Part shown: positions 38,613 to 51,310 of the stretch, in pieces
Position numbering within the stretch: the stretch's first letter is position 1
Layout: every line of letters begins with the position of its first letter
NCBI RefSeq assembly: GCF_018977255.1
Contig: NW_024704743.1
Location: 38,132,001 to 38,196,000 of the forward strand
DNA from: Callorhinchus milii
Lineage: Eukaryota
Direction: 5' to 3'
DNA length: 64,000 nt
The notes under the pieces: generated by a model
The model's input: only the letters and a program-made list of their open reading frames with translations
Told to the model about the DNA's origin: nothing
The model's database searches: none
Program-made: the position numbers and the translations under genes

Positions 38613-40453
38613 AAATCTGTTAATACAAAGTGTTGATCTCTAAAACAGAATGAGGAAAATTTAGTATACAGAAGCATAGTCACTGAGCAACTGAAGAAAT
38701 TGAAATTGTTTTTGCTTTCATGTAGATTTGGACCTGATTTAAATCTATGAGCCCAATTTAAAGCTGCTGTGTAGAGCAGTGAATTTGATTTATTGTACTT
38801 CAAATAATTCATCTCTGAGAGGGATTGTTTGCATTTATTTTCCAGACATCTGATTGAATATAGTGTAAACATTGCTGAAGCTCACGATGTTGTCTGCTGC
38901 CTTCTTTTGTGAGGCCAAATCAGTTCAGAATTTACAGAATCAAAGACGCATCTGATTATAAATCTATATTTTGTCCATATGAGATCACATTAAGCAAATG
39001 TTCAGCCTTTGTTGATGCTGCTGTGGTTGCATTAGTTCATGTTGAGGTGGTTAACAGTAGCTTTTGTTTTCAAGACAATGACAATTTGATTCCAGTAGTG
39101 TAGTTGTTTGATGCTAAGCTCCTGATCCATTACAAGTCGCATTTGTCCTATAACCTTCTCCAGATTTGAACCATTGTTTCAGGAGAACTGTACATAATTT
39201 ATTGTTTCAATTTTATTTATTAAAAAAGACCTTCCCTGAGGATCAGCAGGTAGTGACTAGTAAAAGCAGGAGTGGGTCATTGGGATTATGGATGGGGTCC
39301 AGGCTCAGGAATTCTGATCTATATGGGTGCATTCAGTGCTTATTTGATATTGGATGTTAAGAATGAAGAAACTCTGGGTTAGTTTGGACAAACTTCATTT
39401 GCAGCATTTTGTCAAACATGAGCAGACAAGACATTGAAAGGAAGGTGATGGGTTGCACAAGCTGATTTGTACATCTGGAATGTAATTTAATCTCATTAAT
39501 TCAATTAATCTTAATTTAATCTTAATTTGATAAAACTGGCAGCATTCAATTCTGATATCAGAATCAACAGTAGTGTGAATTCAGCATGTTTCTTTAACAG
39601 CTTTTTCACATCAACACCAATAAGGAATATACAAATCAATTGGAATATTGTTTATTAAAGATCCAATTTTATCTGTATTCAGATTAAGTCTGACTTCTGA
39701 AGCCAGATCTACTCACAGCAAGTTCAAGCTGTAGGCTGGAATGCCAATTGCGGAATAGCAACCGCGAAGATTAAGTGGCTTTGTTTTACCTGAGGAGGTG
39801 GGGGAGGCCACTGAACAGTAGGAAATCAAAAATGTTTAATTCAAGTAAATGTGTGAGTCAAACGTGCAATGCAAATATATTCCTTCGATACTGCATGACT
39901 TTGAAGTGATTTTCAGATGAAAAAGATTGGAAACTGATCTGCTGCATTGTTTCCTTTTAACTTGAACTGTGATTAACCATGGCGCTTCACTGGTTTGATG
40001 CCGCCCACTCTGGTTTGAAGTTTTGAGGNAAAAAAGGGAGATTTATCTTTAATTTTTCATGTGCGATTTGTTTTTACAGACCAATGAATCTGATAAAGGA
40101 TACTAATGAGCAATGGAAACCTAAAGTATAGGAAACTGGCTTTCATATTATGTTTGAATATAAGAATTTTCTACAATTCTTCACCATTCTAAATATTAGG
40201 ACAATAAATTTTAAGATTAAGACCTTAAACAATTTAGGGGCCCAATAGTCCACACGTCCACTTTCCATCAGAGGTCTCTGCATAGAGATCAGGAAAAGGA
40301 ACCCTGGCTGATTTTACCGTCTCCCTAAACAAGGAACACTGAGACCAACTCGATATCTCAACTGTTTCCTTGGCTGACATCACCTCACCCAGTGCAGTCT
40401 AGGATTTGAACCTGTTTTCTTCCCATGTGCAATGCCTTGTTATCCACAAAATC

Positions 40454-40763
40454 ATAATAATAATCCTTGCATTTGATAAAGTGCTTTACACCTCTTCTAG
40501 ACGTCTCAAGGCGCTCCACAGAATACTCTGTGAAGTGAATTGACTGTCTATTTGTGAGCGAAACGCGGCAGCCAATTGCGCACAGCAGTGTCCCACAAAC
40601 AGTCGTGGATTGAGTGACCAAATTATTATTGTTTTTCGCTTGAGGGATAATTATCCCCGGAAAAGCGATCCGCCAATCGACTAACAACTGGGTTCCTACT
40701 TACTGCTCGGTAAACAGAGGTGTGTGGAGTAAGAAAACTTGCCCAACATTTTGCTCTGCCTGG
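40454..40763 (-). mobile_element. SINE, long form, lacking the tRNA head
   Basis: Homologous to 29323-29692 up to ...aaacttgcccaac. Confidence 0.88.
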
Positions 40764-40956
40764 GCGTAATTGCAGTTATTCTCATAAACCATAACCATCA
40801 TTCAGGCGCCTCAAATTATTTTCTTTTCTTGCATTGGTACCCACTAAACATTGACATTTTTGAATGACAACTGAAGTCATTATTTCAACTGTTGGCCAAA
40901 AAGATGAGCACAAGTCTGCCGGAACATATACTCAGTTTTGTGGCTTTACGTTTTAG

Positions 40957-40977
40957 ATCGCTGCCGCCAGGAGCAAG
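40957..40977 (+). other. Candidate 21-nt frame-preserving microexon (xRCRQEQ-G in phase 1)
   Basis: ctttacgttttag|ATCGCTGCCGCCAGGAGCAAG|gtaatg. Length is a multiple of 3, there is no stop codon, and the core is GC-rich within an AT-rich intron. Confidence 0.25.
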
Positions 40978-42435
40978 GTAATGCTGTGTAAGTACATTGC
41001 ACTGCTGTCTCTTGAGACTGTGAACACTACCATAAGATCTCGTTTCCATGGGATCTAGGATGACACCAATTAGACTGCTTCCTGAAGAAGTTCAGTGATG
41101 TAAATGTACCATTAGTGTTGTCTATTCTTCTGTTGTGTTCTTCAACGTCAGAACTGCAGGTTCCGGTTCGAGGCTGCACGACAGAAGAATATAATCAAGA
41201 TTTTTATAACCCAAAATCAATCCTGGAGAAAAGGAGTAGAGTTGGCAAGTCTGTCCTGTTCATTTCTGCCTCTGACCAAATTTTAGTTGCATGACAGAGA
41301 GAGAATGTAATTGGTACTTGGGATTATTTCCAGTGATTGCTCCAGGGAAATCTGCTTTAATAAAGAATGTAAATTCAGTTTATGATAGGCATTGCAGGGA
41401 CACATGTGTTTTGGAGCATGCCTAGTTAAACTGCAGTTTTTAGATGAGTTTTTAATTTGGATAACAGCCATTTAAATCTGATGCTTTTTAACTTAAAATT
41501 CTTGGAAGGTAAAACTGAAGGGAAGCATTTTAGTCTCCCTTCTGTATCCGCTTTAGATGATGCTTTCTGTGACGGTGGCTGTTCACTGGCTCAAACTGCA
41601 AGGGAAAATGTAACATATCTGTTAATTGCATAGTTCCGAGAAGACTGGCACATGGAAGTGGTTGTTAATGTGAAATGCCTCTAAATAATAATTCATACCT
41701 GTGGGATATGCTGAAGGGAGGATCCTTTCTGGTTAGTGCTGAATATGGTAATGCAGAAATGATTGTGATTGAAGACTTATCTGTCCTCGGAGGAACTTTC
41801 CACCTCTTTTTTTAATATTTTTATAGAGGAAATATTTTGGGATGGTCGAAGCTCCTGCAACAATTTCCAGGAGCTCTGGCCATGTTGCTTTAAGCATTTT
41901 TGCTCAGTTTGTATCTGGTTAATCCAGTTATAATAATGAACCCAACAATCGCATGCAGGCACTTAGTTTGTGGTATACATTTGTAAAGCAGAATCATTTC
42001 AACGGTTGTATATTTTTACAAGGATGAAGTGAAGAGAAATGCCCAGAATAGAGCTTCAAAAATATCGAGCAACTTTAGGAACAAACATTCAATCATTCAT
42101 GAGGCAAGCACCACAGTGAGGTACAGGCCGAAGAGGGTTAATGCTTGTTTTTCCTGTTCTTTCTTTCATGGTAGAGGATGACAAGATTTAGAGTCAGCAG
42201 GAATAGTCTTGACAAGGCTCGCAATCTTCCATCTATAATGCGTCAATTTATGAGGCTGTTGGAGAGCAGCCTGGAAAGTGTACGTTTCTCTTGTGCCTGT
42301 GCACCGATAGACGTGATACGCTATTTCTGCAAGGGCAAGTCTGACTCTTTTGGTTGAGCTCCATCAAAAGACCTTCAAAGAGAGTATTTTGCAGACTGCA
42401 TTAGTGAGATTTTATTTCTAAATACTTAAGCAAGC

Positions 42436-42620
42436 AGCAACAACAACAACAACTTGCACTTATATAACAGCCTCCACGCAGGGTAGCATCTCAGAGCCCT
42501 TAAGCTAATGCTTCTATTTACCATCATAAAGGGAGCAGCGAGGTGATAGTGCCATAAAAACAACTGCTTGCATTTATTTAGCAGCCTTCCCACAGGGCAG
42601 CATCTCGGGGCCTTAACTGT
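42436..42620 (-). mobile_element. Two tandem 3' tails of a second L2-like family with (GTT)n ends (also at 12178-12225 and 13540-13594)
   Basis: Minus strand GAGATGCTACCCTGCGTGGAGGCTGTTATATAAGTGCAAGTTGTTGTTG; four copies in the window. Confidence 0.65.
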
Positions 42621-42962
42621 GACGGAGATGACTGGAAGCACAGTCAATGCCAAAGAGTAAGCGATAGAATAGGAGATAACCTGTACCCAGTGAGGATTAT
42701 TGGCAAGGTGCCAATTGAAGGTGCTTGGAAAATTGTCAGGCTTCATCCCCATTCCCAGCTACTCTTTCTGTTGCTGGATATAGACTCAGAACGTCAAGGG
42801 CCAAGAGCTGGTTTCTAGTCTTGCTCACAGAAATACACAGACAATCGGGGTTATAGAATGGCAGTATTCGTCCACATTAATCTTAAAAGAGGAGAAAGTG
42901 AACTAGTCTGGGTATAAATTTGTTACTGAAGTATTCTGTGCAGATGTTTTATGCAGTTTCTA

Positions 42963-43440
42963 GGTATTTTGCTCAACCCTGCATCTGACATACATGGAAC
43001 CTCATCCCCAAGATTATCCACGTGTGGGAATTTCCCTTTGCCTGGAATTAAAATATGCACTTTCTTCTCAGAGGGACGCACTCCGTTTACCCAATGGGGG
43101 AAACTTTTAGGCACAGATTAGCCACTGCCAAGGCTTGGGGATCCCAGAGTCTGCATTGGTGTCCTGCCAGAGGTTAACAAGCTAAAATAGCACTGTTTGT
43201 CCTGCTTGGGCACCCTAAGCAATTATGGATTTGGTTTGTTGTGTTAACAGAAGCCTAGTAGGAAAATTCCTTGTCTCAGTGTCTGGATTACCCCTCGAAC
43301 CAGGCTGGATGGTCACCAGTGCCTTGGAGTACTGCAGACCTGCTTGGCTCAGGAACCAGATTACCAAGAATGCTACAGAGGATTGGCTCATACTTCCAAT
43401 ATTCTATTGCCAGGCATGTCATCTTGCAACCAACTCGATC
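42963..43440 (-). mobile_element. A-tailed retroposon family copy (diverged)
   Basis: ccaaggcttggggatcccagagt...ttggctcaggaacc...attctattgccaggcatgtca. Confidence 0.72.
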
Positions 43441-44986
43441 CCAAGGAGAACCAAGTTACCTCTTCCGAGGAGTTTCTTTTTCTAGTTGCTAATCGCTGTT
43501 TTAATTGAATATTCTGACAGGTAATAACTTTCAGCATTTGTGCACATTTGTGGTGAAGCAAGGGGGACTATTGATGGTGAAACATCACAGTATTATGCAC
43601 GTTTACTCTTTGTGTCCCCACCTGTCAAATTGTCAGAATCACTGATAATTTCTGACATTCTTTGTTCTCTCCAGGTTCAGGTGGGGTCTGTGAAGTCAGA
43701 CAGCTGGAAATGAGTCAGTGAGTGAAGCATGAAGCATGTGAGATGTCAGGGTGACATGACTCTGGTGGAAGATGAGACCATGTCTCGGGCTGTGGTGGTG
43801 CCTGTGGGTCCCAGGGAACATTTCTGGAGTCTGTTTGAAAACAATAGTGTATTTCCAGTTGTTCTTGATTGAATAATTCTTGATTTATGGAATAAATCAA
43901 GAAATATTCAAACGAGAAAACGTATGTGTTGGCCACCACTGGTCTAAGGGAAATTAAGTAGGCTCTATTGTTATTTTGTTCTCCCACACCATCATGCCTT
44001 GTCACCTTTTGAACTGCGTGCCAAAAATAAATTACTACCTTTTTGAACGAGAGTGGATGAAAGGTGATTAAGTGTGATGGTGCTGCTGATCTTGTGGAGC
44101 TATGTGGGGGAGTGTGGAGGTTGTGCTCCTTGTTATTTGTTCTTTTTGACCTGGGTTAAATCGACCTTCATGCCCTGTAGCGTCCGATTCTCAGCTCTAC
44201 ATTTTCCAGTATGATGGGTGAGTGGATCATCTCACTGACAAGCGGTGAGTTGGATGCACATATGAGCTGGGGGGCAGGAGTTCACCGAAGGTCAAGTGTT
44301 AATCATAGAATTACGTCAAGACTGTACAGCATTGAAACCGTCCTTTTGGTCTAAATAGTCTATGTTTCACTCTCCCTTTGCCTCTCTTGTATCCCTCTAT
44401 TCTCTTCCCAGGTATTTTAATAAAGCATGGATAATGACCATCAAAATTAAAAGCCTTAAAAAGAACGACTGCAGAGATGAAAGAAGGGTAAAGTAGATAG
44501 AAATGTGATAGAAAATCAATGTTGGATACAAGAAAGGAATAAAGCACTTCAGTTTATAGCTTTACCAATAGGTGGTTAACATAAGGTGTTTTAACCTTAT
44601 GAAATTGATAAAGTCTATGTTGCTTTCTCTGTAACTACTTTCAGTGGAGGACTGAAGTACTGTAATTGGTATCTGAACAGTTTCCTGACAATTGTGGAAA
44701 ATGTTATCAAACAGGTCTTTGTATGAAAATTGTGTTGCATAGTGAACGGTACTGCAGATACTATAATTTTTTCATGGAAAACTGAAACGCACAGGAAGTT
44801 AGTTGTTGTCTGGTGGACCAAAATCTGCTTGTGGATCTTTGTTAAAAATAATTTATTAGAGAATTAAATGCATCCTTTATTTGAATAGGAGGAAATGTAC
44901 ACTTTAAAATTGGAGTTAAATAGCTTTTCACATAAGATTAGACAGGAATGATGGAACATGATGTGTCATTGAACATTTAATAATCA

Positions 44987-45307
44987 AATAATAATAATAA
45001 TCCTTGCATTTGATATAGCGCTTTTCACGTCGGGAGGACGTCCCAAAGCGCTTCACAGAACACACTGTAAAGTGAATTGACTGTATATTTGTAGGCGAAC
45101 GCGGCAGCCAATTGCGCACAGCAATGTCCCACAAACAGTCATAGATTGAAAATGACCAATTTGCTATTGTTTTTGGTTTTGGAGGGATTATTATTATTAG
45201 GCGTGTGGAGTAAGCAAACTTGCCCAACGTTTCGCCCTCTGCCTAGAATTGAACTCGGGTCTCTCACTTGCAAAGCGAGTGCTCTAACCACTGAGCTACA
45301 GGACTCC
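44987..45307 (-). mobile_element. Full-length tRNA-derived SINE (young short subfamily)
   Basis: Near-identical to 15828-16136; tRNA-like head and (ATT)n tail. Confidence 0.93.
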
Positions 45308-45489
45308 ACAGTCCACAGTTAGAGAAGAATTCTAATTTTAAAAACAAACTACTGCAGTTAGCACCAAGTAATGGTGCAGTATTTAAATGCAGAATGCAGA
45401 TAATTCTGGCAGATAGATCTACCAACTCGTGACTGTCGTATGTGTGTGTGTGTAGTGTGCTTTTATGTGTGCGGGGGGTGTGGAGGTGG

Positions 45490-45974
45490 CGCCAAGGTGA
45501 TGTTCTTGGCCATGAAATGTTGGGAATCAGGTAAACCCTCTGTAGCAGTCTCGGTAGTGCTGTTCATAAAACAAGTGGGTCCACAGTGCTCCAGGGAACC
45601 GCTGATGCCCAACCAGCCAGCCTGGCTCATCGCTAGAACTTGGAGCAGGCATTTTTTCCACTTGGCTCCCGTTAGCATTGCATCCCAAACATTTAACTGG
45701 TATGGGTAATCCTGGCTGAACAAGCAGAGGAAGTTTGTCAGACGATGCAAAGGATACATTTTTAGTTGGTTAAACTCCAGCAGTAACCGAAGCCTTGGCT
45801 CCTGTCAACCTACACATAATATTCTCTGGAATTAGGTATGCAAGGTGCATCCCTCCAGGGAAAGAGTGCAGACGCAAATAAGTTTCCCCTTGTAGGTGGC
45901 ATACATATGTGGAACGCTGTCTCTATGTGGGATACTCATGGTGATGGATTTCCACATGTGGCAGACCTAAAAAA
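45490..45974 (+). mobile_element. A-tailed retroposon family copy ending ~65 bp upstream of TRIO exon 2
   Basis: ccaaggtgatg...ctccaggg...cctggctcatcg...ctggaattaggt...catgtggcagacctaaaaaa. Confidence 0.75.
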
Positions 45975-46038
45975 GATTCTAGCCTTTTTGGACATATAAT
46001 GATTGGCTCTTTGCTTATTTTGTTCCATTTGTTTGCAG

Positions 46039-46113
46039 GTTTTCGCAAAAATGATGAGATGAAGGCGATGGAGGTTTTACCAATCTTGAAGGAAAAGGTT
46101 GCGTTTCTCTCAG
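46039..46113 (+). CDS. TRIO: TRIO coding exon (equivalent to human exon 2), 75 bp, phase 1-1; (G)FRKNDEMKAMEVLPILKEKVAFLS(G)
   Basis: Acceptor tttgtttgcag| and donor TCAG|gtaggg. The translation matches the recalled vertebrate TRIO sequence FRKNDEMKAMDVLPILKEKVAYLSG; the paralog KALRN has SFRNDGLKASDVLP instead. Too short for the ORF track. Confidence 0.96.
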
Positions 46114-46351
46114 GTAGGGTGTGAGTTCTCTATAATTAAAGAAATATTATTTCCTTCAAACTAACCAATGACAAATCTGAGATGGTACAAAGGATATCAA
46201 GGACAATGAAATGGGACATGATAATCGGGCTGTGTATTAAGATATGTGAAAAGCACATAGAACAACGGGAATGCCCAGCATGGAAGAAGACCTTTTAACC
46301 AGTAGTGTCTGTGCTTTCAGAGCAAAATTTTCAATCCCCTTTTCCCTTAGT

Positions 46352-46510
46352 CAATAATAATCCTTGTATTTGATATATTGTCTTATCGCGTCGTTCAGAC
46401 GTCTCAAAGCGATTCACAGAATATATTGTAAAGTGTACAATGCAGTGTATGCGTATTTTGTGGGCGAAATCGCGGTCGCCAATTGTGCACAGCAGTGTCC
46501 CAAAACAGTT
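46352..46510 (-). mobile_element. SINE 3' fragment in the short intron between TRIO exons 2 and 3
   Basis: aataataatccttgtatttgatat...gacgtctcaaagcgattcacag...gcacagcagtgtccc. Confidence 0.8.
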
Positions 46511-46675
46511 TTAAAAAGTAGTTGATGCCTTTTTAGGTTTTTATCCAGTTCCCTTTTGAAAGCTAAAATGGATTCTGCCTCAACCCCACTGCCAGGGCAT
46601 TCTGTATCCTAACTATTCTATGAATGAAAAAAAATTCCTGACCTCTCCATTTGCTTATTTGCTAACTATTTATGT

Positions 46676-46838
46676 TCGTCCGTCCGTCCGTCCGTCCTTC
46701 CTTCCTTCCTTCCTTCCTTCCTTCCTTCCTTCCTTCCTTCCTTCCTTCCTTCCTTCCTTCCTTCCTTCCTTCCTTCCTTCCTTCCTTCCTTCCTTCCTTC
46801 CTTCCTTCCTTCCTTCCTTCCTTCCTTCCTTCCTTCCT
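46676..46838 (+). repeat. Compound tetranucleotide microsatellite (TCCG)n(TCCT)n
   Basis: Directly visible; it produces the spurious PSFL-repeat ORFs. Confidence 0.97.
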
Positions 46839-46977
46839 GTATTTATCTATTTGTTTGTTTATTTCTGTTTGCTAACATGTATCAGGCTTTTTCTCTTATC
46901 AGTTGTGGCACTTGATCCCTCTTTGAAATGTTTGCTCTCCGGTCTTTATTTGTTTGAATATTTTATTTTGTTTGCAG

Positions 46978-47092
46978 GTGGGAGAGATAAGCATGGAGGT
47001 CCCATTTTGACATTTCCAGCACGCAGCAACCATGACAGAATAAGACAAGAGGATCTTAGACGACTTATCTCTTATTTAGCCAATATTCCCAG
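46978..47092 (+). CDS. TRIO: TRIO coding exon (exon 3 equivalent), 115 bp, Sec14/CRAL-TRIO domain; GGRDKHGGPILTFPARSNHDRIRQEDLRRLISYLANIP(S)
   Basis: Acceptor ttttgtttgcag| and donor CCCAG|gtagga. In frame with both flanking exons. It is the C-terminal part of ORF 46620..47096. Confidence 0.97.
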
Positions 47093-48529
47093 GTAGGACC
47101 AATTACTTTCTATTTAATTGCTCAGCAAATGCAGGCTGTATTGGAGCTTTATACCAGTCTGTTTTATAAATAATCGTATTGGAAGTTTACATTTAATGTT
47201 TCCTTCACAGCTCTACTTCAATGCCTTTCAATGTGAGTCGTCTATGGAACTTATTTTTAAATTTGTTGCAATAGGAAGTATAGAATACAAAACTATGGCT
47301 TGATGTGTTTTTGGATGTTGACTGCAACTTTGGAAAATTTCAGCAATCAACGATGGAAATTTTTTCATCTTTATCAAAATTGTCGTGTTCACACATGAAT
47401 ACACAATCATTCTACTTCACAGTAAAATCCTTGCTTTGGGATGTCCTCCAGAAGGGAAAGGCACTATACCCAATGCAAGGATATATTATATTTCAAACTA
47501 CAAATTAATAAATGACATTCCATTGTACACTTCAACACCATTTTTGATTTGAAAAATATTGGACTTTTATCTTAAATACATTTTATATTTTTCTACTTGA
47601 AATAAAAACCTGAGGCTGTTTTTCCCAGCGTGGTTTTAAAGCTGAAAATGTATGATTTACGAGTTAACATTGTGAGCCACTGAATGATGTAAGTGGCTGG
47701 CGTTATTGTGAGTTATTGAGTGGGTGAGGGAGAGAAGCAGAGGTTTGAGCCCATCTTTTTCTATGTCTCCAGACTCTGATCAACATCTCTACTTCCCCTC
47801 ACAAAATTTGATCTCAGATTTCTCCCAGATCTGCTTCACAAAGACTATCAGACCCAATGCCAGAAACACGTTATAGTTCTGGCTGCAGTGCAATGTGAGC
47901 TTTGATGCGATAGTGTTTGAATGAACTATCGCATTAAGGAGACAGTGCAGAAATGATTTGATTAGCATAGCTTTACAGAAAGGGACATTGTCTCTATTGA
48001 AAAACAACAGATAAATGATAGTGGACGATGATAAAGACAGGCTGTTTCCAATGCATGCTTAGTCATCTGAACAGAATTCTTAGTTTATAATGTAGTTGGA
48101 ATATACCCTGAATCCTTTTTGGTGTCCTACATTTGATTGACTTTAAAACAATCAAATATGTGTTGGTGAGGGCATAACATCTGACAGAATACTTATCACA
48201 GTGTTCCTGATAAATGTAATGAGAAAGAATTACTGTATTCAATCCTTGCCTTAATTTTTGTCCCCAATGGGAAGAAAAAGGTCTTGCTGAAAATTGGTCA
48301 ATTCATAAAGGAATATTAATTTATCTACCGGACTAATGTCAAAAACTGCTAATTATATTTCAAGGAGACTAAGAGTTATGTTCACGAAAGGATTTTTCTA
48401 TAATCTTGAAAGAAAGAAAAAATCACTAGCATGTTTTTTCCGAACAAGAATATTGGAATTTAAGGTTTTCAATTAAGGTGGAGAGCTATTTTTTTCTTTA
48501 ACTGTAACATTTATTGAACTCTTCATGCC

Positions 48530-48910
48530 ATTCTTCAGTGAGGGAGAGCGCATTTCATTCCAATAAATATCTCTGGAATTTCCATAGGTGGGATGCATGG
48601 AATTCTCAGTTTGGTTTGGATACTCTTATAATAATAATAATAATCCTTTCATTTGATATAGCGCTTTTCACATCTTCTAGATGTCTCAAAGCGCTTCACA
48701 GAATATACTGTAAAGTGAATTGACTATATTTGTGGGCGAAATGGGGCAGCCAATTGCGCACAGCAGTTTCCCACAAACAGTTGTGGATTGAAATGCCCAA
48801 TTTATTATTGTTTCTTTTTGAAGGATTATTATCAGGCGTATGGAGTAAGGAAACTTATCCGTGGTGATGGGTTTCAGCATGTGTCAGATACCTGGCTGAC
48901 CAAAACAAAA
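48530..48910 (+). mobile_element. A-tailed retroposon 3' fragment split by a SINE
   Basis: agggagagcgcatttcattcc...ggtgggatgcatgg...ggatactctta [SINE] gtggtgatgggtttcagcatgtgtcagatacctggctgaccaaaacaaaa. Confidence 0.78.
48628..48857 (-). mobile_element. 5'-truncated SINE nested within an A-tailed retroposon copy
   Basis: SINE body and tail split the host element between ggatactctta and gtggtgatgggtttc. Confidence 0.88.
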
Positions 48911-49484
48911 TGCCACAGAATTGTTTCTCCTGCTTTCCTATGAATATATAGAAATATGGAAGCCTGCTCAATAGATCACAAAACCCTAGTTGGTCAGTTA
49001 TAAATAAAACTTGCGTTGTTTTCTATAAGCCTCCACTGGATGACTTTATAGCATAATGCTGAGATTTCTATTTGCATTTGCTTTATTTCTGCAAAATCAA
49101 TGGAAGGTTTTTTTATGCATTGTAGGGACTACTACTAAGATGCTACTTTCAATATTGGTATTTCAAGTAGTGACTACACAGAAATCTTAATCTTAAACCC
49201 AAAACCAATACCACAGCATTTGTGTCCTATAAAGTATCAGATCATTCCTGCAACATTGAATTCCATTTCCAGTCTTGGAGGTCTTTTTTCAAGGAGTTAA
49301 TTAACATCACTTCAAGTGCTTTTGGTGGGAATTTGTTCCACATATCCACCACGCAGAAAAGGTTAATGTTTATTACATTTCTGATCTTGCTTGAGGCTTG
49401 TTAATTTTGAACAGCTGACTCATACTCCAAGTCAACTAGCATGTGTATATCCATATCAATATGTCCATTTCATATAACCACAAG

Positions 49485-49582
49485 TATACAGTCAATTCAC
49501 CTTACAGTCTATTCTGTGAAGCGCTTTGAGATGTCTAGAAGACGTGAAAAGCATTATATCAAATGCAAGGATTATTATTATA
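49485..49582 (+). mobile_element. SINE 3' tail fragment
   Basis: cagtcaattcac...gtgaagcgctttgagatgtctagaagacgtgaaaagcattatatcaaatgcaaggattattatt. Confidence 0.82.
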
Positions 49583-50149
49583 TAAATAGACTTGCAGAAT
49601 TTGGGTACAAATCTATATTGGGTGCACAGGAAGTGATATTGGAGACACTGCCTGTGCAATGGTCACTAAAAATCAAAACAGCTGCAAAAAATAACAGTAA
49701 AATAAATGTTGATTTTGTCCATTGTTAATTAAAATAATGAAAGCAAATCAACTGTATAAACAAAAGCTTGAATCCAGCACCTACTCCTTCAACTATCTGC
49801 TTAAATTGCCCAGATTTATTTAAATACAAAAATGACTGCATACTTTGAAATCAGCAACACATTTTACATAATATTTCTTAATATTATAAAGTGCATTTTC
49901 CAAATAATTTATGAACAGCAGGGGGTACAGAACAAGTTGTTGCAAATCTCTAAGCCAGTGCCTCTACAGACAGCTTCTTCCATTCAACAACTCCATCTGT
50001 TTCCATTGCTATGGTGTTTTTTAATCATGTTTGCTAGTTTTGACATTAATTATATGAGCCTTAACTTTTAATGTTTTCACACATGAAACTTTATTTAATA
50101 TATTCAGAATTTTGAATGGTGTTCATCCACCAGATTAATTAACCACTCA

Positions 50150-51310
50150 AAAATTTCAAGTTTGCAGACGATACTAAGTTTAGATTGTGGTAAATTGTGA
50201 GGGTGACAGTGGAAAATTACAGAGGGATACAGACAGATTAAGAGAATGGGCAGAACATTGGCAAATGCAGTTTTTAATGTGACAAAGTGTGAGGTGATTT
50301 ATTTTGGACCGAAAAATGTTGAGTCGGACTACATTCTACATGGAGAAGCGCTTGATGAGCAAAGGGATCTGGGTGTTCAAAAAGTAGGGCACAGGTGCAG
50401 AAAATTATCAGAAAAAAAAGCTTATGTGACATTGGACTTAGCACAAGCGGGCTCTTATCTAAGAGTCTGGAAGTGATGTTAATAATAATAATAATCCTTG
50501 CATTTGATATAGCGCTTTTCACGTCGGGAGGACGTCCCAAAGCGCTTCACAGAACACACTGTAAAGTGAATTGACTGTATGTTTGTGGGCGAACGCGGCA
50601 GCCAATTGCGCACAGCAATGTCCCACAATCAGTCGTAGATTGAAAATGACTAATTTATTGTTTTTGGGTTTTTGGAGGGATTGTTATTAGGTGTGTGGAG
50701 TAAGGAAACTTGCCCAAGGTTTCGCCAAGGTTAGAATTGTATGAAAGCTGGTCAGACCCCATTTGGAGTTTCGTGTGGAGTTTTGTGCACCAAACCGTAG
50801 GAAGGATATATTGGCCTTGGAGAGTGTGCAGCTTTGATTTATTAGAATGATTCCGGGAATAGAGGACCTACATTATGATGAAAGCATGGAATAACTTAGC
50901 TTGTGTTCTTTTGAATTCAGGAGGTTGAAGTTGAAATCTGATTGAGGTGTACAAAAATATGAAGGGATTTGATAGTCTGAATAGTGTGCAACTGTTTCCT
51001 CTGGCAAGAGAATTGAGGATGAGAGGCAATAGCCTTAAACGTGAGGCGAAATGTTTTAGAAGTAAAATAAGGAAGCATTTTTTCACGCAGCAGGTGGTGG
51101 GAGTGTGGAATTTCCTCCTCCAGAGGATAGTCCAGGCAGAGTCAGATGAAGAATTTAAAAGCCAAATAGATAAATGCTTGATAGACAGGGGTATTAGGGA
51201 TATGGAGAGAGGGCAGGGATATGGAATTGAGTTGTGGATCAGCCAAGATCTTGGAAAGTACTGGTATAGGTTTGATGGACCTAATGGCCTAAATGGTTCC
51301 AATGTTCCCA
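50150..51310 (+). mobile_element. CR1 LINE fragment from the RT core to the 3' end, interrupted by a SINE
   Basis: aagtttgcagacgatactaag (KFADDTK), DRL..W, KCEVIYFG, and downstream RKHFFTQQVVGVWN. Confidence 0.9.
50480..50726 (-). mobile_element. 5'-truncated SINE (young short subfamily) nested in a CR1 LINE
   Basis: Same diagnostic tail (cacgtcgggaggacgtccc on the + strand). It interrupts the CR1 sequence gaagtgatgtt|...|gttagaattgtatg. Confidence 0.9.

Noticed and set aside
46620..46977. PSFL-repeat N-terminal part of ORF 46620..47096 and ORF 46672..46875
   Set aside because: Translation of the (TCCT)n microsatellite in an intron; only 46978-47092 is exonic.
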